Shown piece after piece: positions 44,419 to 53,647 of a stretch of DNA of 56,698 nucleotides; within the stretch, counting starts at the first letter, position 1, and every line of letters starts with the position of its first letter. Source of the stretch: a virus. Lineage: Duplodnaviria > Caudoviricetes. Below the pieces are notes generated by a model. The model saw only the letters and a list, made by a program, of their open reading frames with translations, was not told where the DNA came from and searched no databases. Position numbers and translations under genes: made by a program. Where the stretch lies: positions 1 through 56,698 of the IMG/VR virus record IMGVR_UViG_3300048574_000080; one strand, 5' to 3'.

Positions 44419-46968
44419 CTACGCCACCTTGACGTAGGAGGTCTTCTCGGGTACCGGCACGAAGGAGCCGTTGAACTCCTCCATGTAGTACTGATCCTGG
44501 GCCACCAGCAGGCCGTTGTCGTAGGACGGGAACGGTCCATAGATGGTCATGGGCTGCATCACGCGGTGCATGACCAGCTCACGGTTTACGATCTGAATGT
44601 ACCCGTCAGGGAACTCCGTCGACATGTAGATGGGCAGGCCCTTGACGCCGCCGGCAAAGCCCGCCGCGTTGAGCACGGCATTCGGGAAGCCGTCACGCTT
44701 GAAGCCGTCCGTCCAGTTGCTCAGGCGGTCGGCGTTCGTGGCGCTCATCAGGATGCCCGTCGGCATGTAGTTGCGGTTGTGCACCTTCACCTTGGCGATG
44801 CCGATGTAGCCGGCGAGGATGCTGATGGCGTCGCTCGCAGCCGTCCAGGTGCCGCCACTGTTGTTCGCCTGCTTGAGGGCGTAGGTGAGGCCCTTCCACA
44901 GGATGTCCTTGTCAATCTTGCGGCGCAGCAGACGTGCCAGGTTGCCCAGGGTGCGGGTCACGGCGTCGTAGCCGAGCTGGCTGCGGCTGAAGATGATGGC
45001 TTCCTTGGTGATCTGGGTGGCGAGCCGGTCGGCGTACATCGTGATGAGCGCATCCGACAGCGTGTTCTTGGCACGGGGGATGGCGACGCCTTCGCCCCGG
45101 CGGAACAGGTCCGCTACGTAGTCAACCTTGACCGACTGGGATTCGGTGATCGTGGCGAGGGCGAGAATCTTGCCCTCTTCGTAGTCGATCACGTAGTCGG
45201 TGCCCTCGGCATAGGTCGGGCTGCCGCTCGTGTGCGTTACCACTACCGTACCGGGGCGGACGCGCTTGTTGGCGAGGGCCACCCAGTCCAGCAGGGATGC
45301 GGTGACAGCTTCGTCGGTCACCGTAACCGATGCGCCAACTTCGCCGGCGTAGGCTTCGTAGAAGATCTTGGCCGGGCTGACGTCGGTCACGCCGAAGTCA
45401 TAGACGTTGGCGGCCACCAGCTCGGGATAGGCCTGCTCGATAATCATGCGGCTGACGCTGTAGGGCAGGGACAGATCGGCGGCCGTCTCGGCTTCCTCAA
45501 ACGCCCGCGCCTCCGCCAGCAGGTGGCGCTGATTCACCCGGTCGAAGCGTTCCAGGGCCGCGGCGGCGAACAGTGCCGCGCGGGGCTGGTCCGGCTTGCT
45601 GAAGTCGCGACGGGTTGCCTCGCCAGCCTTGACGAGGGATTCGGTCAGCTCCCAGGCGGCACGGGTGAACTCAGGGTGCCCGGTTTCTTTCTCGAACACC
45701 GGGCCCTTGACTTCGACGCCGCTCTTGCCCATGCCGCCCAGCTTGGCGGCGCTGACGATGGCGTCGTACTCGACACGCTTCGCCTCGACAATCGCCTTGA
45801 CCGCAGCGGCGTCGGCCGGCTTGGCAGAGCGCACCGCCTCGACAAAGGCGCCGTTCAAGGCATCGCCGTACTTCAGGTCCTTGGTCGATTCGGTGATCGC
45901 CGTCTCGACCGCTTCGGCCTGCTTGCGGGCGGCAAGTTCCGCCTCCGCCTTGCGGGCCTCTTCCAGTTGCTTGCCCTGGTCGGCCAGAGCCTTCTTCGAT
46001 TCGTCCAGCTCGGCCTGGAGCTGGCGCTGCTTTTCCTCTAGCGCCTTCTTCTCTTCCTCGGTCACGGTTTGTGCCTCCTGAATTTGCTGTTCTTCGTCCT
46101 GCTGTGCCTCCACAATGGCCCCGTTGGGGTCGGATGGCTGCGCCACCAGGTCGAAACCTTTGATTGTTAATTCGGTCACTTCCTGCACGCTCTCCCCGTC
46201 TAGCTGGATGGTGCGGGATGTGCCATAGCCTCGCATCGACACGCCGATAGGAACGCCGGCTTCCACCAGAACCTGCACGTCGCGACCCTTGGCGGTGGGG
46301 AGGATGACGCCTTCCAGAAGCACCTTGCCGGGTGCGTCCAGGGATGCCGCCTGCCACTTGACTACCGTCTCCAGGATGTTGGCGCGCTGGCCTTTGTCCG
46401 ACGGATGTTCCGCCTCGCCAGTCGTGACGAATTGACCTTGCCCGTTGCTCTCATGCAGATGCCCGTTGAGCCGGGACACTGCCTCTGCCAGGACCTTGCG
46501 CGGATAGCGCCGGCCGTTGGCGTTGACCACATCGGCCGTGATGCCGATGGCCTTGACCTTGCGCCCGCCGCCGTCAGTCTTGGACTCGGTGACGGTAAGC
46601 GTCTGCTCGATTGTCTCCGTGAAGCGCTGGCCTTTGACCGGCTTCGCAGATTCGGTGATTGGTTCGTAGAGCCGGACCTCCTTGACCGCGACGGGTGTGC
46701 CGAAGGTGAAGCCGCCGGCGCCGTCTTCCTGCCAGGGAATCTCCCACACCTGCCGCTCTTCCATCTCCGGCGACCACGCAAAGGCAATCAGCCGGTCAGG
46801 GAATGTCAAGACGACGAAGAGGTCGTTACTGGGACGTAGGGGCCATTCATTCAGTGCGGCAGCGAGCGCTTCCCGCTGCGCCTCCAGGCTGGCGTCGGAG
46901 CGCACGGCTTCGCTCAGGCCGAAGTAGCGCCGCACCGCCGCTACAAATTGTTGTTCTGTAAGTTCCAT
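44419..46968 (-). CDS. Prohead protease-scaffold-major capsid fusion
   Basis: NANGRRYP, GEAEHP, GVSMRGYG, FDLVAQPS (protease); coiled coil; capsid region with RRKIDKDIL. Confidence 0.85.
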   Translation of the reverse strand: MELTEQQFVAAVRRYFGLSEAVRSDASLEAQREALAAALNEWPLRPSNDLFVVLTFPDRLIAFAWSPEMEERQVWEIPWQEDGAGGFTFGTPVAVKEVRLYEPITESAKPVKGQRFTETIEQTLTVTESKTDGGGRKVKAIGITADVVNANGRRYPRKVLAEAVSRLNGHLHESNGQGQFVTTGEAEHPSDKGQRANILETVVKWQAASLDAPGKVLLEGVILPTAKGRDVQVLVEAGVPIGVSMRGYGTSRTIQLDGESVQEVTELTIKGFDLVAQPSDPNGAIVEAQQDEEQQIQEAQTVTEEEKKALEEKQRQLQAELDESKKALADQGKQLEEARKAEAELAARKQAEAVETAITESTKDLKYGDALNGAFVEAVRSAKPADAAAVKAIVEAKRVEYDAIVSAAKLGGMGKSGVEVKGPVFEKETGHPEFTRAAWELTESLVKAGEATRRDFSKPDQPRAALFAAAALERFDRVNQRHLLAEARAFEEAETAADLSLPYSVSRMIIEQAYPELVAANVYDFGVTDVSPAKIFYEAYAGEVGASVTVTDEAVTASLLDWVALANKRVRPGTVVVTHTSGSPTYAEGTDYVIDYEEGKILALATITESQSVKVDYVADLFRRGEGVAIPRAKNTLSDALITMYADRLATQITKEAIIFSRSQLGYDAVTRTLGNLARLLRRKIDKDILWKGLTYALKQANNSGGTWTAASDAISILAGYIGIAKVKVHNRNYMPTGILMSATNADRLSNWTDGFKRDGFPNAVLNAAGFAGGVKGLPIYMSTEFPDGYIQIVNRELVMHRVMQPMTIYGPFPSYDNGLLVAQDQYYMEEFNGSFVPVPEKTSYVKVA

Positions 46969-46991
46969 CTGGATGCCTCGCCACTGGGGCC

Positions 46992-47046
46992 AAAAGAAAA
47001 AGCGCCACAGACCGGCGTAAGTCCCGGTTGTGGCGCTCGTGGCGCT
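46992..47046 (-). promoter_or_regulatory. Terminator-like hairpin with duplicated AGCGCCAC in the capsid leader
   Basis: AGCGCCAC-G-AGCGCCACAACCGG...CCGGTCTGTGGCGCT-TTTTCTTTT. Confidence 0.55.
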
Positions 47047-47083
47047 ACATAGAATATCAGTTTAAGTGTAGCTTACCATGGAT

Positions 47084-47290
47084 TCAGGGGGCTTTCAATC
47101 CCTGAGTATCACTCACAGTAGCATTCTGGCTGGCGCTCCCATTTAGTAGAGCACGCAGAAGCCACTTGTGATACACGCCCCGGTCCCGGATGACCAACTC
47201 GCCAGTGTCCAGATTCAGCCTGGCTCGCGTCTTGCCGTCGTTGCCCTTGAGACTTATCCACCGTTCGACCGTCGCCTGTAGTGTCTCCAT
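47084..47290 (-). CDS. Hypothetical protein
   Basis: GAGG RBS before METLQ. Confidence 0.5.
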   Translation of the reverse strand: METLQATVERWISLKGNDGKTRARLNLDTGELVIRDRGVYHKWLLRALLNGSASQNATVSDTQGLKAP

Positions 47291-47295
47291 TCGCC

Positions 47296-48441
47296 TCACA
47301 CCTTCAACACCGTCGCCATTGCGTCCGTGTTGCCGTCCAGCCACATCTGCATCGCCTCGAACAGTTCCTGCGCCGCGGCAATACTCAGCGGCTCAGGGAT
47401 GGGTGAGAACGACCGCTGCCCAAGCCAGCTAGAGTAGTCGTCGAGGAAGTCGTTTTCTCCCGCCACCCAGCCTCGCATCTGGCGTGCGCAGTCACTGGGC
47501 GGCATAAGCACTTCCTCCCACCGGCACAGGCACTGCGGGTGTAGCGGCAGGAAGTTGGCTGTCTTGTCGTATGGCCCCCCGGCCGCATAGTCGTCACAGA
47601 TGTCCGACTTCGGATGCGCCGGCGACAACATCACCTTGCGCCCGGTCACCCAGGGCGAGTGGATGGCAATGTCGCTGGTCACAGCGTGATTGGCAATCTG
47701 GATCTCGTTGCGTGCTAGACGCAGCGCATTGTAGCTGATGCCGGCTGACCCTCCCTCCGGGACGTCGCGCGCTGAGCGCAGCAGCCCCTTGGTATCCTGC
47801 GCTCGCTCGCGCGCGTCCATCTTGCTCAGACGTGCCCGCGTCCAGCGCGGCCAGTCCTGCCCGGCTGCGAGCTGTTCCTCCAGCTGTTGCGCCAGTTCGA
47901 CGGCGCTTGTGCGCTGCGCCATGCCGGTGGCGATGGTGTTGCGGATGGACTGCATGCCGCCCTGCTCCAGCCGCCAGATGCGCTGCGACAGATTCAGCCC
48001 ATCGGAGTAGACCCGCTGCTGTGCCACCTGGAGGGCATAGTTGCGCCGACGCAGCCACATCTCTGCCAGCTTACCCCAGTCGTCCAAGGTCGGCGTGAAC
48101 GCCTCCTGCAGCTGTTCGACCGGCGCCGTGATGTAGCGATTGTGGCGCAGCCGGTAGGGCCCGAAGGCGATGCTGCCGGCCGCCTGCCGTGCCCTGGTCA
48201 ACAGTGTCACGTAGTCCTGCATGACCGCTCGCCAACGCGTCTCGGCGGAGCGCATCACGCCTGCCAGCTTGCCTGCATCGGCGATACCGTCGGCGTCGGA
48301 TGCGCTGCTGACCTCCTTCGTCAGCCATGCCTGAAACGGGTAAAGCAGTGCATGCACCTGGCCGGCGACATAGAGTTGCAGCCGAGTGACGGCGACATGT
48401 TGCAGCCGGTCGGCGTTGCGAGGGGTGATGGTGGGGATCAA
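47296..48441 (-). CDS. Minor head morphogenesis protein (MuF/SPP1 gp7-like)
   Basis: LSQRIW, ALRLARNE, HPKSDICD, PLHPQCLC. Confidence 0.8.
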   Translation of the reverse strand: MIPTITPRNADRLQHVAVTRLQLYVAGQVHALLYPFQAWLTKEVSSASDADGIADAGKLAGVMRSAETRWRAVMQDYVTLLTRARQAAGSIAFGPYRLRHNRYITAPVEQLQEAFTPTLDDWGKLAEMWLRRRNYALQVAQQRVYSDGLNLSQRIWRLEQGGMQSIRNTIATGMAQRTSAVELAQQLEEQLAAGQDWPRWTRARLSKMDARERAQDTKGLLRSARDVPEGGSAGISYNALRLARNEIQIANHAVTSDIAIHSPWVTGRKVMLSPAHPKSDICDDYAAGGPYDKTANFLPLHPQCLCRWEEVLMPPSDCARQMRGWVAGENDFLDDYSSWLGQRSFSPIPEPLSIAAAQELFEAMQMWLDGNTDAMATVLKV

Positions 48442-48445
48442 TGGG

Positions 48446-48814
48446 CTATCTCCTGAAGTGCGCTGCAACGAGGTCGTGAATGGCTTGCCACTGCTGTTCG
48501 GTGATCTGAACTTCTCGGGCACCACAGCATCGGCACTCGTCGATACCGACCGTGTTTAGTGTCTCGCAGTAGCGGCAATGCCAGCATGCTTCCGTGCTGA
48601 TTGTCATACCGACAACCTGCGGTTCTGGAGTTGGCTGCGCGTCTGGCGTCGGATCGGGCCGAGGTGCGTTGCAGTTGGCGCAGGCGTCACGGTCCGCCTT
48701 TTGGACGGTGTGGCAGTAGGCGCACAGCCAGTGCCAGCGGCGACTTGGCGGCAGTTCTCCCACCAGCGCTTTCCCTGGCGACCAGTCCGGCTGCGGCGCG
48801 AATGCGTAAGTCAC
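48446..48814 (-). CDS. Double Zn-ribbon (RanBP2-like) protein
   Basis: WLCAYC...CANC and WHCRYC...CRCC. Confidence 0.65.
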   Translation of the reverse strand: MTYAFAPQPDWSPGKALVGELPPSRRWHWLCAYCHTVQKADRDACANCNAPRPDPTPDAQPTPEPQVVGMTISTEACWHCRYCETLNTVGIDECRCCGAREVQITEQQWQAIHDLVAAHFRR

Positions 48815-50223
48815 TGTGCACCTCCCTTGCCTGCTTGGACCTGCCCAACGGCCGGGGCATCATTCTGGGCGTCGCTCTGCGGTTCCTCCTGTTGGTCTGT
48901 CGCCTGCACGGCGTTCATGGCGATGCGCTGCATCTCCGCCGCCTGCACTGCCGCCGCCGCTGCATCCTCTGTCGCCTGCGCCTCGAGTGCCGCAATCTCC
49001 GCATCGACGTCGAAGTCGGGGAGCACCGTCGCCAGCATGTGCAGCAGCGTGCCGTCGGTCAGCAGCCCGGCCGCCTTGATGGATGCGGCAAAGGCTGCCA
49101 TGTCCTTCATGCCGGCCGGCGTCGGGCGCTTCTTCTGCTTCCACTGGAAGGATACGGTCAACGCATCCGGCCAGATACCCAGCATGAGCCACTGCCGCTC
49201 CAACAGCGGGAGCAGGAACTCCGCTTCCAACCAGCCCTGCACGCTTTCGATGGCGTCTTCGTACTGCGTCTGCTTCTGCTCCAGGATGTCCCGGTTCAGG
49301 TCAGTGCCGTACCCGATAAGCTCTAGGGGCACGGGCGAGGCGACGGCGAACGTCTGCACATGATGCTTGACGTCCTCAATTTCACTCAGGTGCGCATCGC
49401 CCTGGACGACCTGGAGCCCGCCCGGCCGGTTGGAAAAGAAATCGCTGACAGCAGCGAACGGGTCATCGAGGGCCGGCTTGTTGGCGGCCTTGTATGCCTC
49501 GATTTCGGCGGCGCTGGCACCGTCCAGGACGTGCACGAATCTTTGCCCGCTGCGCGTCTTGCGCCGGATAGAGATGTCAAGCTCGCCCTGCGCCATGCGT
49601 TTGTACGCCTTGCGGGCACTGGCGAACATGGGCGTGCCGTAGCGGGAGCCCTCGTCACGGTCCCAGCGGGCGTGGACAATCTGCCACTCGGGGAAGAACG
49701 TCGCATCCGCCGGCGGCACGTCGCTGAGCGTGGGCCGGTCCGTCCAGTAGAAGGCGGCGGCCGGGTCGTAGAAGCGGTCGAAGTCGTCAGACCAGCGGTA
49801 CATCTCCAGCGTAGGCTTGCGGGTCAGCTCGACAATCTCTCCGTTGGCGGCCATGCCTACCTCTAGGAACGAATCGCCGTCGCGGAAGGTCAAACGGGCC
49901 CAATCGTCGATGCGGGCAAACAGCTTGACGCGGGCGAACAGCGCATCGGCGACGGCCTGCGCCTGGTCAGCACGTGGGCCGGTGATCTGCAGCGTTACCC
50001 CGCCCTTCGTGGCGTCGCGTGCTAGGGTGGCAAGTGCTTGCTTGGCGCGCGGGTCGTCTGCTGCCATGTCCCGGCAGTCGGCGATGCGGCTGCGCCGGTC
50101 ACGCTGCGCAGTGAAGGTGACGACCGCAGGTGCTGCCGGTTTGGCGTCATGTGTCGTCACTACGGGGGGCGCAGTGTTGCGCCGCTGCCAAAGGGCAGTG
50201 AAGCGGTCAAGAATGGTGGGCAT
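48811..50223 (-). CDS. Portal protein
   Basis: RDGDSFLE, QIVHARW, YGTPMF; follows the terminase. Confidence 0.8.
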   Translation of the reverse strand: MPTILDRFTALWQRRNTAPPVVTTHDAKPAAPAVVTFTAQRDRRSRIADCRDMAADDPRAKQALATLARDATKGGVTLQITGPRADQAQAVADALFARVKLFARIDDWARLTFRDGDSFLEVGMAANGEIVELTRKPTLEMYRWSDDFDRFYDPAAAFYWTDRPTLSDVPPADATFFPEWQIVHARWDRDEGSRYGTPMFASARKAYKRMAQGELDISIRRKTRSGQRFVHVLDGASAAEIEAYKAANKPALDDPFAAVSDFFSNRPGGLQVVQGDAHLSEIEDVKHHVQTFAVASPVPLELIGYGTDLNRDILEQKQTQYEDAIESVQGWLEAEFLLPLLERQWLMLGIWPDALTVSFQWKQKKRPTPAGMKDMAAFAASIKAAGLLTDGTLLHMLATVLPDFDVDAEIAALEAQATEDAAAAAVQAAEMQRIAMNAVQATDQQEEPQSDAQNDAPAVGQVQAGKGGAQ

Positions 50224-50620
50224 GTGGCGCCTCCGATTGATCCTGCGTCGCGGCTGCTTCCTGCTGCTCAACGTCTAGGCCGGACAATGCTTTTTCGAAT
50301 TCTGCGACTGCGGCGGCCGCCAAGTCGGCATCTATTTCGTCAGGCGTAGCAGCCTTGATGTCAGCGATAAGCTTGCGCAGCGACGCAACGAACGAATCAA
50401 TTGACGGGGGCGGGGTCTGGCCTTTTTCGGCAAGGGGTGGGGGAGTGAAGGTCACGAAGTAAGCATACGCCTTTTCGAGTTCAGTTATGGTCACGGCGTA
50501 AACGCGGTCCAGCTCCGTGCGGTTGCTGGGCTTGTGCGCCTTGGCTGTGCGAATTGCTGAGACAATCGCTGCCGCCACTTCCGCGTCTTCTGTTTCCAGC
50601 CTGGGTGGTCTAAGTATCAT
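50207..50620 (-). CDS. Hypothetical protein between terminase and portal
   Basis: ATGA overlap; DRVYAVTITELEKAYAYF. Confidence 0.5.
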   Translation of the reverse strand: MILRPPRLETEDAEVAAAIVSAIRTAKAHKPSNRTELDRVYAVTITELEKAYAYFVTFTPPPLAEKGQTPPPSIDSFVASLRKLIADIKAATPDEIDADLAAAAVAEFEKALSGLDVEQQEAAATQDQSEAPHAHHS

Positions 50621-52173
50621 CCAAACATCTCCTGTATCGTCGCCTGACTCGTTACCTGTGCCGGCGCTGTGGCCACCTGTCCCGCCTCCTGCCAGCGAAT
50701 GATTGCCTGTGTAAATGCGTCCACGTCGTCGTCGTGTGCGGCGTTGGGGAAGGACGCCGCGCTGCCTATGAACCGTCCCACCCAGGGCGCTATGAGCGGG
50801 TGCGGGAGATACACGTTGCCTGATTCCACCTCGGGCGCTGCGGCGTAGGCTCGGGATGTTTTGCCGCCCTTGGGATCGACCGCAATCAACCCGGCAATCT
50901 CCTTGTGCAGCATCTGGATGACCGCCGGCCCATTAGCCTTATCCTCGATAAGGATGGCGATGGCTTTGGGCCACTTGATGCGCCACGACCGGATTGCCTC
51001 CATTGTGGCCACGATGCCCAGTCGCTCACACACGTAGTCGAGCAGAAACTTGTCGGCTCCCAGCCTGCCCACGACCTGGCCGGCAACGAAGTCACTGGCG
51101 GCCGTGTCCTTGAACGTGCAGTCCCACGATTGCAGCAGCTCGTCGAACCGGGCGGGCAGATCTACCGCTTCTACCTCCACAACCGACGAATCCGCCATCG
51201 TGACGGTGACCGGCGGGAGATTTGCCCCTCGTGGTTGCCAGTAGCGCCAGTGGTGCCGCTTGAAGATCTCGCCCTCATCCGGTGAGGGCCGCTGCTGGTA
51301 GAGGCTTGCCCAGTCACGGGAGCCAACGGTTCGTTCGATGGTCCGCAGTTTGTCGATACCCCAACGATTCTCCCATAGCGCTTTGCCTGCCACGTGGCGC
51401 TCGTCATAGGGCGCCACAGGGTCCTCCGATAGCGCCGGCAGAATCAGCGTTACCCACTGGTCCGACTCTGGGTCAGACTTGGCGAGCGCCAGCAGCCGAC
51501 CCGCCAGGTCATCTTCATGCCAACGAGTGACGGTCAGCAGCACTTGCCCGTCAGGCGTCAAACGGGTGTAGAGGGTGGAGGTGTACCAGTCAAAGACGGA
51601 TTCGCGGTAGGTGGGGCTGTTGGCCTCTTTCCGGTTCTTGACCGGATCGTCAATAATGGCCACGTGCGCCCCGGAACCAGTCACGCTGCCTCCGACGCCT
51701 GTCCCCAGGTAGTAGCCACGATGGCCTACGACCTCAAACATATCGGAGTTGCGCAGCCAGGAGCCCTGCGAAACGGTGCGCACGTTGGCGCCGAACAATT
51801 TCGACTCAGGGAACAGCCGGTGGTATTCGTCGCCATCCATGATGCGCTGCACGTCCCGGTTCATGCGCCTGGCTAGGTCGGCGCCGTAGCTGGTGGCAAT
51901 GATTGTTGTGTCCGGTCGCTTACCCAGGATGAACGCGGGCAGACGCCGTGACACTAGCTCCGACTTGCCAGAACGTGGCGGTGCGAAAATCATCAGCCGC
52001 GTAATTTCGCCCGCTACAAATCTATCTAGATAGGAGCAAATCAACTGGTGATGCCAGTTGCCGGCATAGTCTGGGTAGGTGTAGCATGTGAAGTCAAGCA
52101 GATGATTGCGGGCACGCCGTCTATTCCGCAGCTCTTGCGCCGCTTCTACTAAGTATGATTCGCTCAAGCTCAC
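50617..52173 (-). CDS. terL: Terminase large subunit
   Basis: PPRSGKS, IIDDPVK, TRWHEDDL, SWDCTFK, IEDKANG, HDDDVDA. Confidence 0.95.
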   Translation of the reverse strand: MSLSESYLVEAAQELRNRRRARNHLLDFTCYTYPDYAGNWHHQLICSYLDRFVAGEITRLMIFAPPRSGKSELVSRRLPAFILGKRPDTTIIATSYGADLARRMNRDVQRIMDGDEYHRLFPESKLFGANVRTVSQGSWLRNSDMFEVVGHRGYYLGTGVGGSVTGSGAHVAIIDDPVKNRKEANSPTYRESVFDWYTSTLYTRLTPDGQVLLTVTRWHEDDLAGRLLALAKSDPESDQWVTLILPALSEDPVAPYDERHVAGKALWENRWGIDKLRTIERTVGSRDWASLYQQRPSPDEGEIFKRHHWRYWQPRGANLPPVTVTMADSSVVEVEAVDLPARFDELLQSWDCTFKDTAASDFVAGQVVGRLGADKFLLDYVCERLGIVATMEAIRSWRIKWPKAIAILIEDKANGPAVIQMLHKEIAGLIAVDPKGGKTSRAYAAAPEVESGNVYLPHPLIAPWVGRFIGSAASFPNAAHDDDVDAFTQAIIRWQEAGQVATAPAQVTSQATIQEMFG

Positions 52174-52552
52174 TGTCCGTCAGTTCTTGCACGCGCTGCA
52201 CGTATTCCAGCGGCCCGCCATCCTTGCCCGTTACTTCCTGTACGCGCTTGCCCCACCGGTCTGGGTAGCGCCGCTCTAGGTACCACGCATCAGCCTGCCA
52301 GTTGCCGGCCCTGCCGGCCCTGTTGATGCGGCTGACGCGCAGGGCTTCCGCTTCCGCCTCCGCCTTTTTTACTGCCTCAAGAAACTCAACATAGGCACCA
52401 GATGACGCCTGCTCGCCTTTCTTCATCCAGTTGTTGAGCGTAGTGTATGTAACCCCACCGATCGCCGCCGCCGTCTCCAGGTAGTTACCTTCGGCGATGG
52501 CGTCGACGATCTTCTTTTGCGTCTCAGGCGTTAGCTTGCTCTGGCGTGCCAT
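52121..52552 (-). CDS. terS: Terminase small subunit
   Basis: KLTPE..., WQADAWYLERRYP, TGKDGGP; directly upstream of terL. Confidence 0.8.
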   Translation of the reverse strand: MARQSKLTPETQKKIVDAIAEGNYLETAAAIGGVTYTTLNNWMKKGEQASSGAYVEFLEAVKKAEAEAEALRVSRINRAGRAGNWQADAWYLERRYPDRWGKRVQEVTGKDGGPLEYVQRVQELTDSELERIILSRSGARAAE

Positions 52553-53102
52553 CGCAATCGCCCTCCTGCAGCCAGGGGTACAACTTCAGTTCGTAGGCAA
52601 TGGCGACCAGGTCGCGCAGCAATGCGTGCAATTCGTCCGCTAGCGGCTGGTACTTTGCCTTCTTCCTCGGTGGCGGCTTCGACACGATTTCGAGAAGTTG
52701 CAGCCAACGCTCGTACGGCAACTGATAGGTGCGATAGGTGTCGAATCGATGCTCTACGTCGTTGTGGATACGGTTGACAAGCCGATGACCTTCAGCCTTC
52801 AGTTTGTCGATCCATCGTCGTTCGGCTTCAAATCTGTTTGCCGCCGTTGTCACTTCGAGCGTGTCGCAGACGATGTTGTCGGCTCCGTACTTCTTGACTG
52901 TGTTGGCGAAGTGAGTATTTGAGTGTGTGCCGCTTTCCACGGCATAGAGGTGGGCGGCGAGACGGTGTTCTGACAGATACTTGGAGCATCCAACATAGAA
53001 GTAGCGATCCGAATCGGTGTGCCGCAAGCCGTAGACGTACCCTGCACCCGCCAGGGCCATGACCTGCGCCTTGATTTCGTCGCTGTACTCCCGCCGCACC
53101 AT
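52524..53102 (-). CDS. GIY-YIG endonuclease
   Basis: GYVYGL...FYVGCS...RLAAH...EAERRWI...LVN. Confidence 0.8.
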   Translation of the reverse strand: MVRREYSDEIKAQVMALAGAGYVYGLRHTDSDRYFYVGCSKYLSEHRLAAHLYAVESGTHSNTHFANTVKKYGADNIVCDTLEVTTAANRFEAERRWIDKLKAEGHRLVNRIHNDVEHRFDTYRTYQLPYERWLQLLEIVSKPPPRKKAKYQPLADELHALLRDLVAIAYELKLYPWLQEGDCDGTPEQANA

Positions 53103-53119
53103 CGTCTTATCCCTTGCCC

Positions 53120-53314
53120 CTACTTCCCATCGTCCAGGCGCAAAATTAGCACCTGCACCGCATCGGCGATGCGCTCCATTGCCTGTTCTAGCCGTGTCAG
53201 CCGCTGGTTCACCGTCTGTGTCCAGACGGTGCAGTCCGGGTCCGCCAGCCGGCTCCTCACCACCGGCAGATTATCCTGTGCCTCATCGGGGTCGTGCCTC
53301 AGGTCGTGGTCCAT
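53120..53314 (-). CDS. Small coiled-coil protein (lysis cassette position)
   Basis: RLTRLEQAMERI; follows the holin-like gene. Confidence 0.5.
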   Translation of the reverse strand: MDHDLRHDPDEAQDNLPVVRSRLADPDCTVWTQTVNQRLTRLEQAMERIADAVQVLILRLDDGK

Positions 53315-53638
53315 CTACCGTGTGTCCTTCTGCCCGACCTGCGGCGCAAAGCCCATGGCCTGCGCCGTCGCTAACGGCACGATCGCGGCCGGCTGCCCGT
53401 CCAGTTTGGGCGCTGCCAGGGGTGTGACCTGCTTGCGGGCCCAGAATGCCGCCACGAGCTGAGGCGCCACGAGGACGATTAAGGCCAGTAGCGCCGTGAC
53501 GAACTTCTCGATCGAACCCATCTGCGTATCGTTGAGGTTGATCCAGCCCAACGAGACGGCCATACCAAGACCAAGCATGATGACAGCCGACACTGCGGCC
53601 GCAATCGCCTGTGCTGACAATACTGGTTCACGAGTCAT
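53315..53638 (-). CDS. Putative holin (2 TM)
   Basis: REPV...two TM helices...ARKQVTP. Confidence 0.65.
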   Translation of the reverse strand: MTREPVLSAQAIAAAVSAVIMLGLGMAVSLGWINLNDTQMGSIEKFVTALLALIVLVAPQLVAAFWARKQVTPLAAPKLDGQPAAIVPLATAQAMGFAPQVGQKDTR

Positions 53639-53647
53639 AGTTTGCTC

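Noticed and set aside
44374-46041. Long antisense ORFs (also 3904-5016, 13906-14970, 26956-28302, 688-1830)
   Set aside because: Shadow frames opposite well-supported genes, as expected in high-GC DNA.
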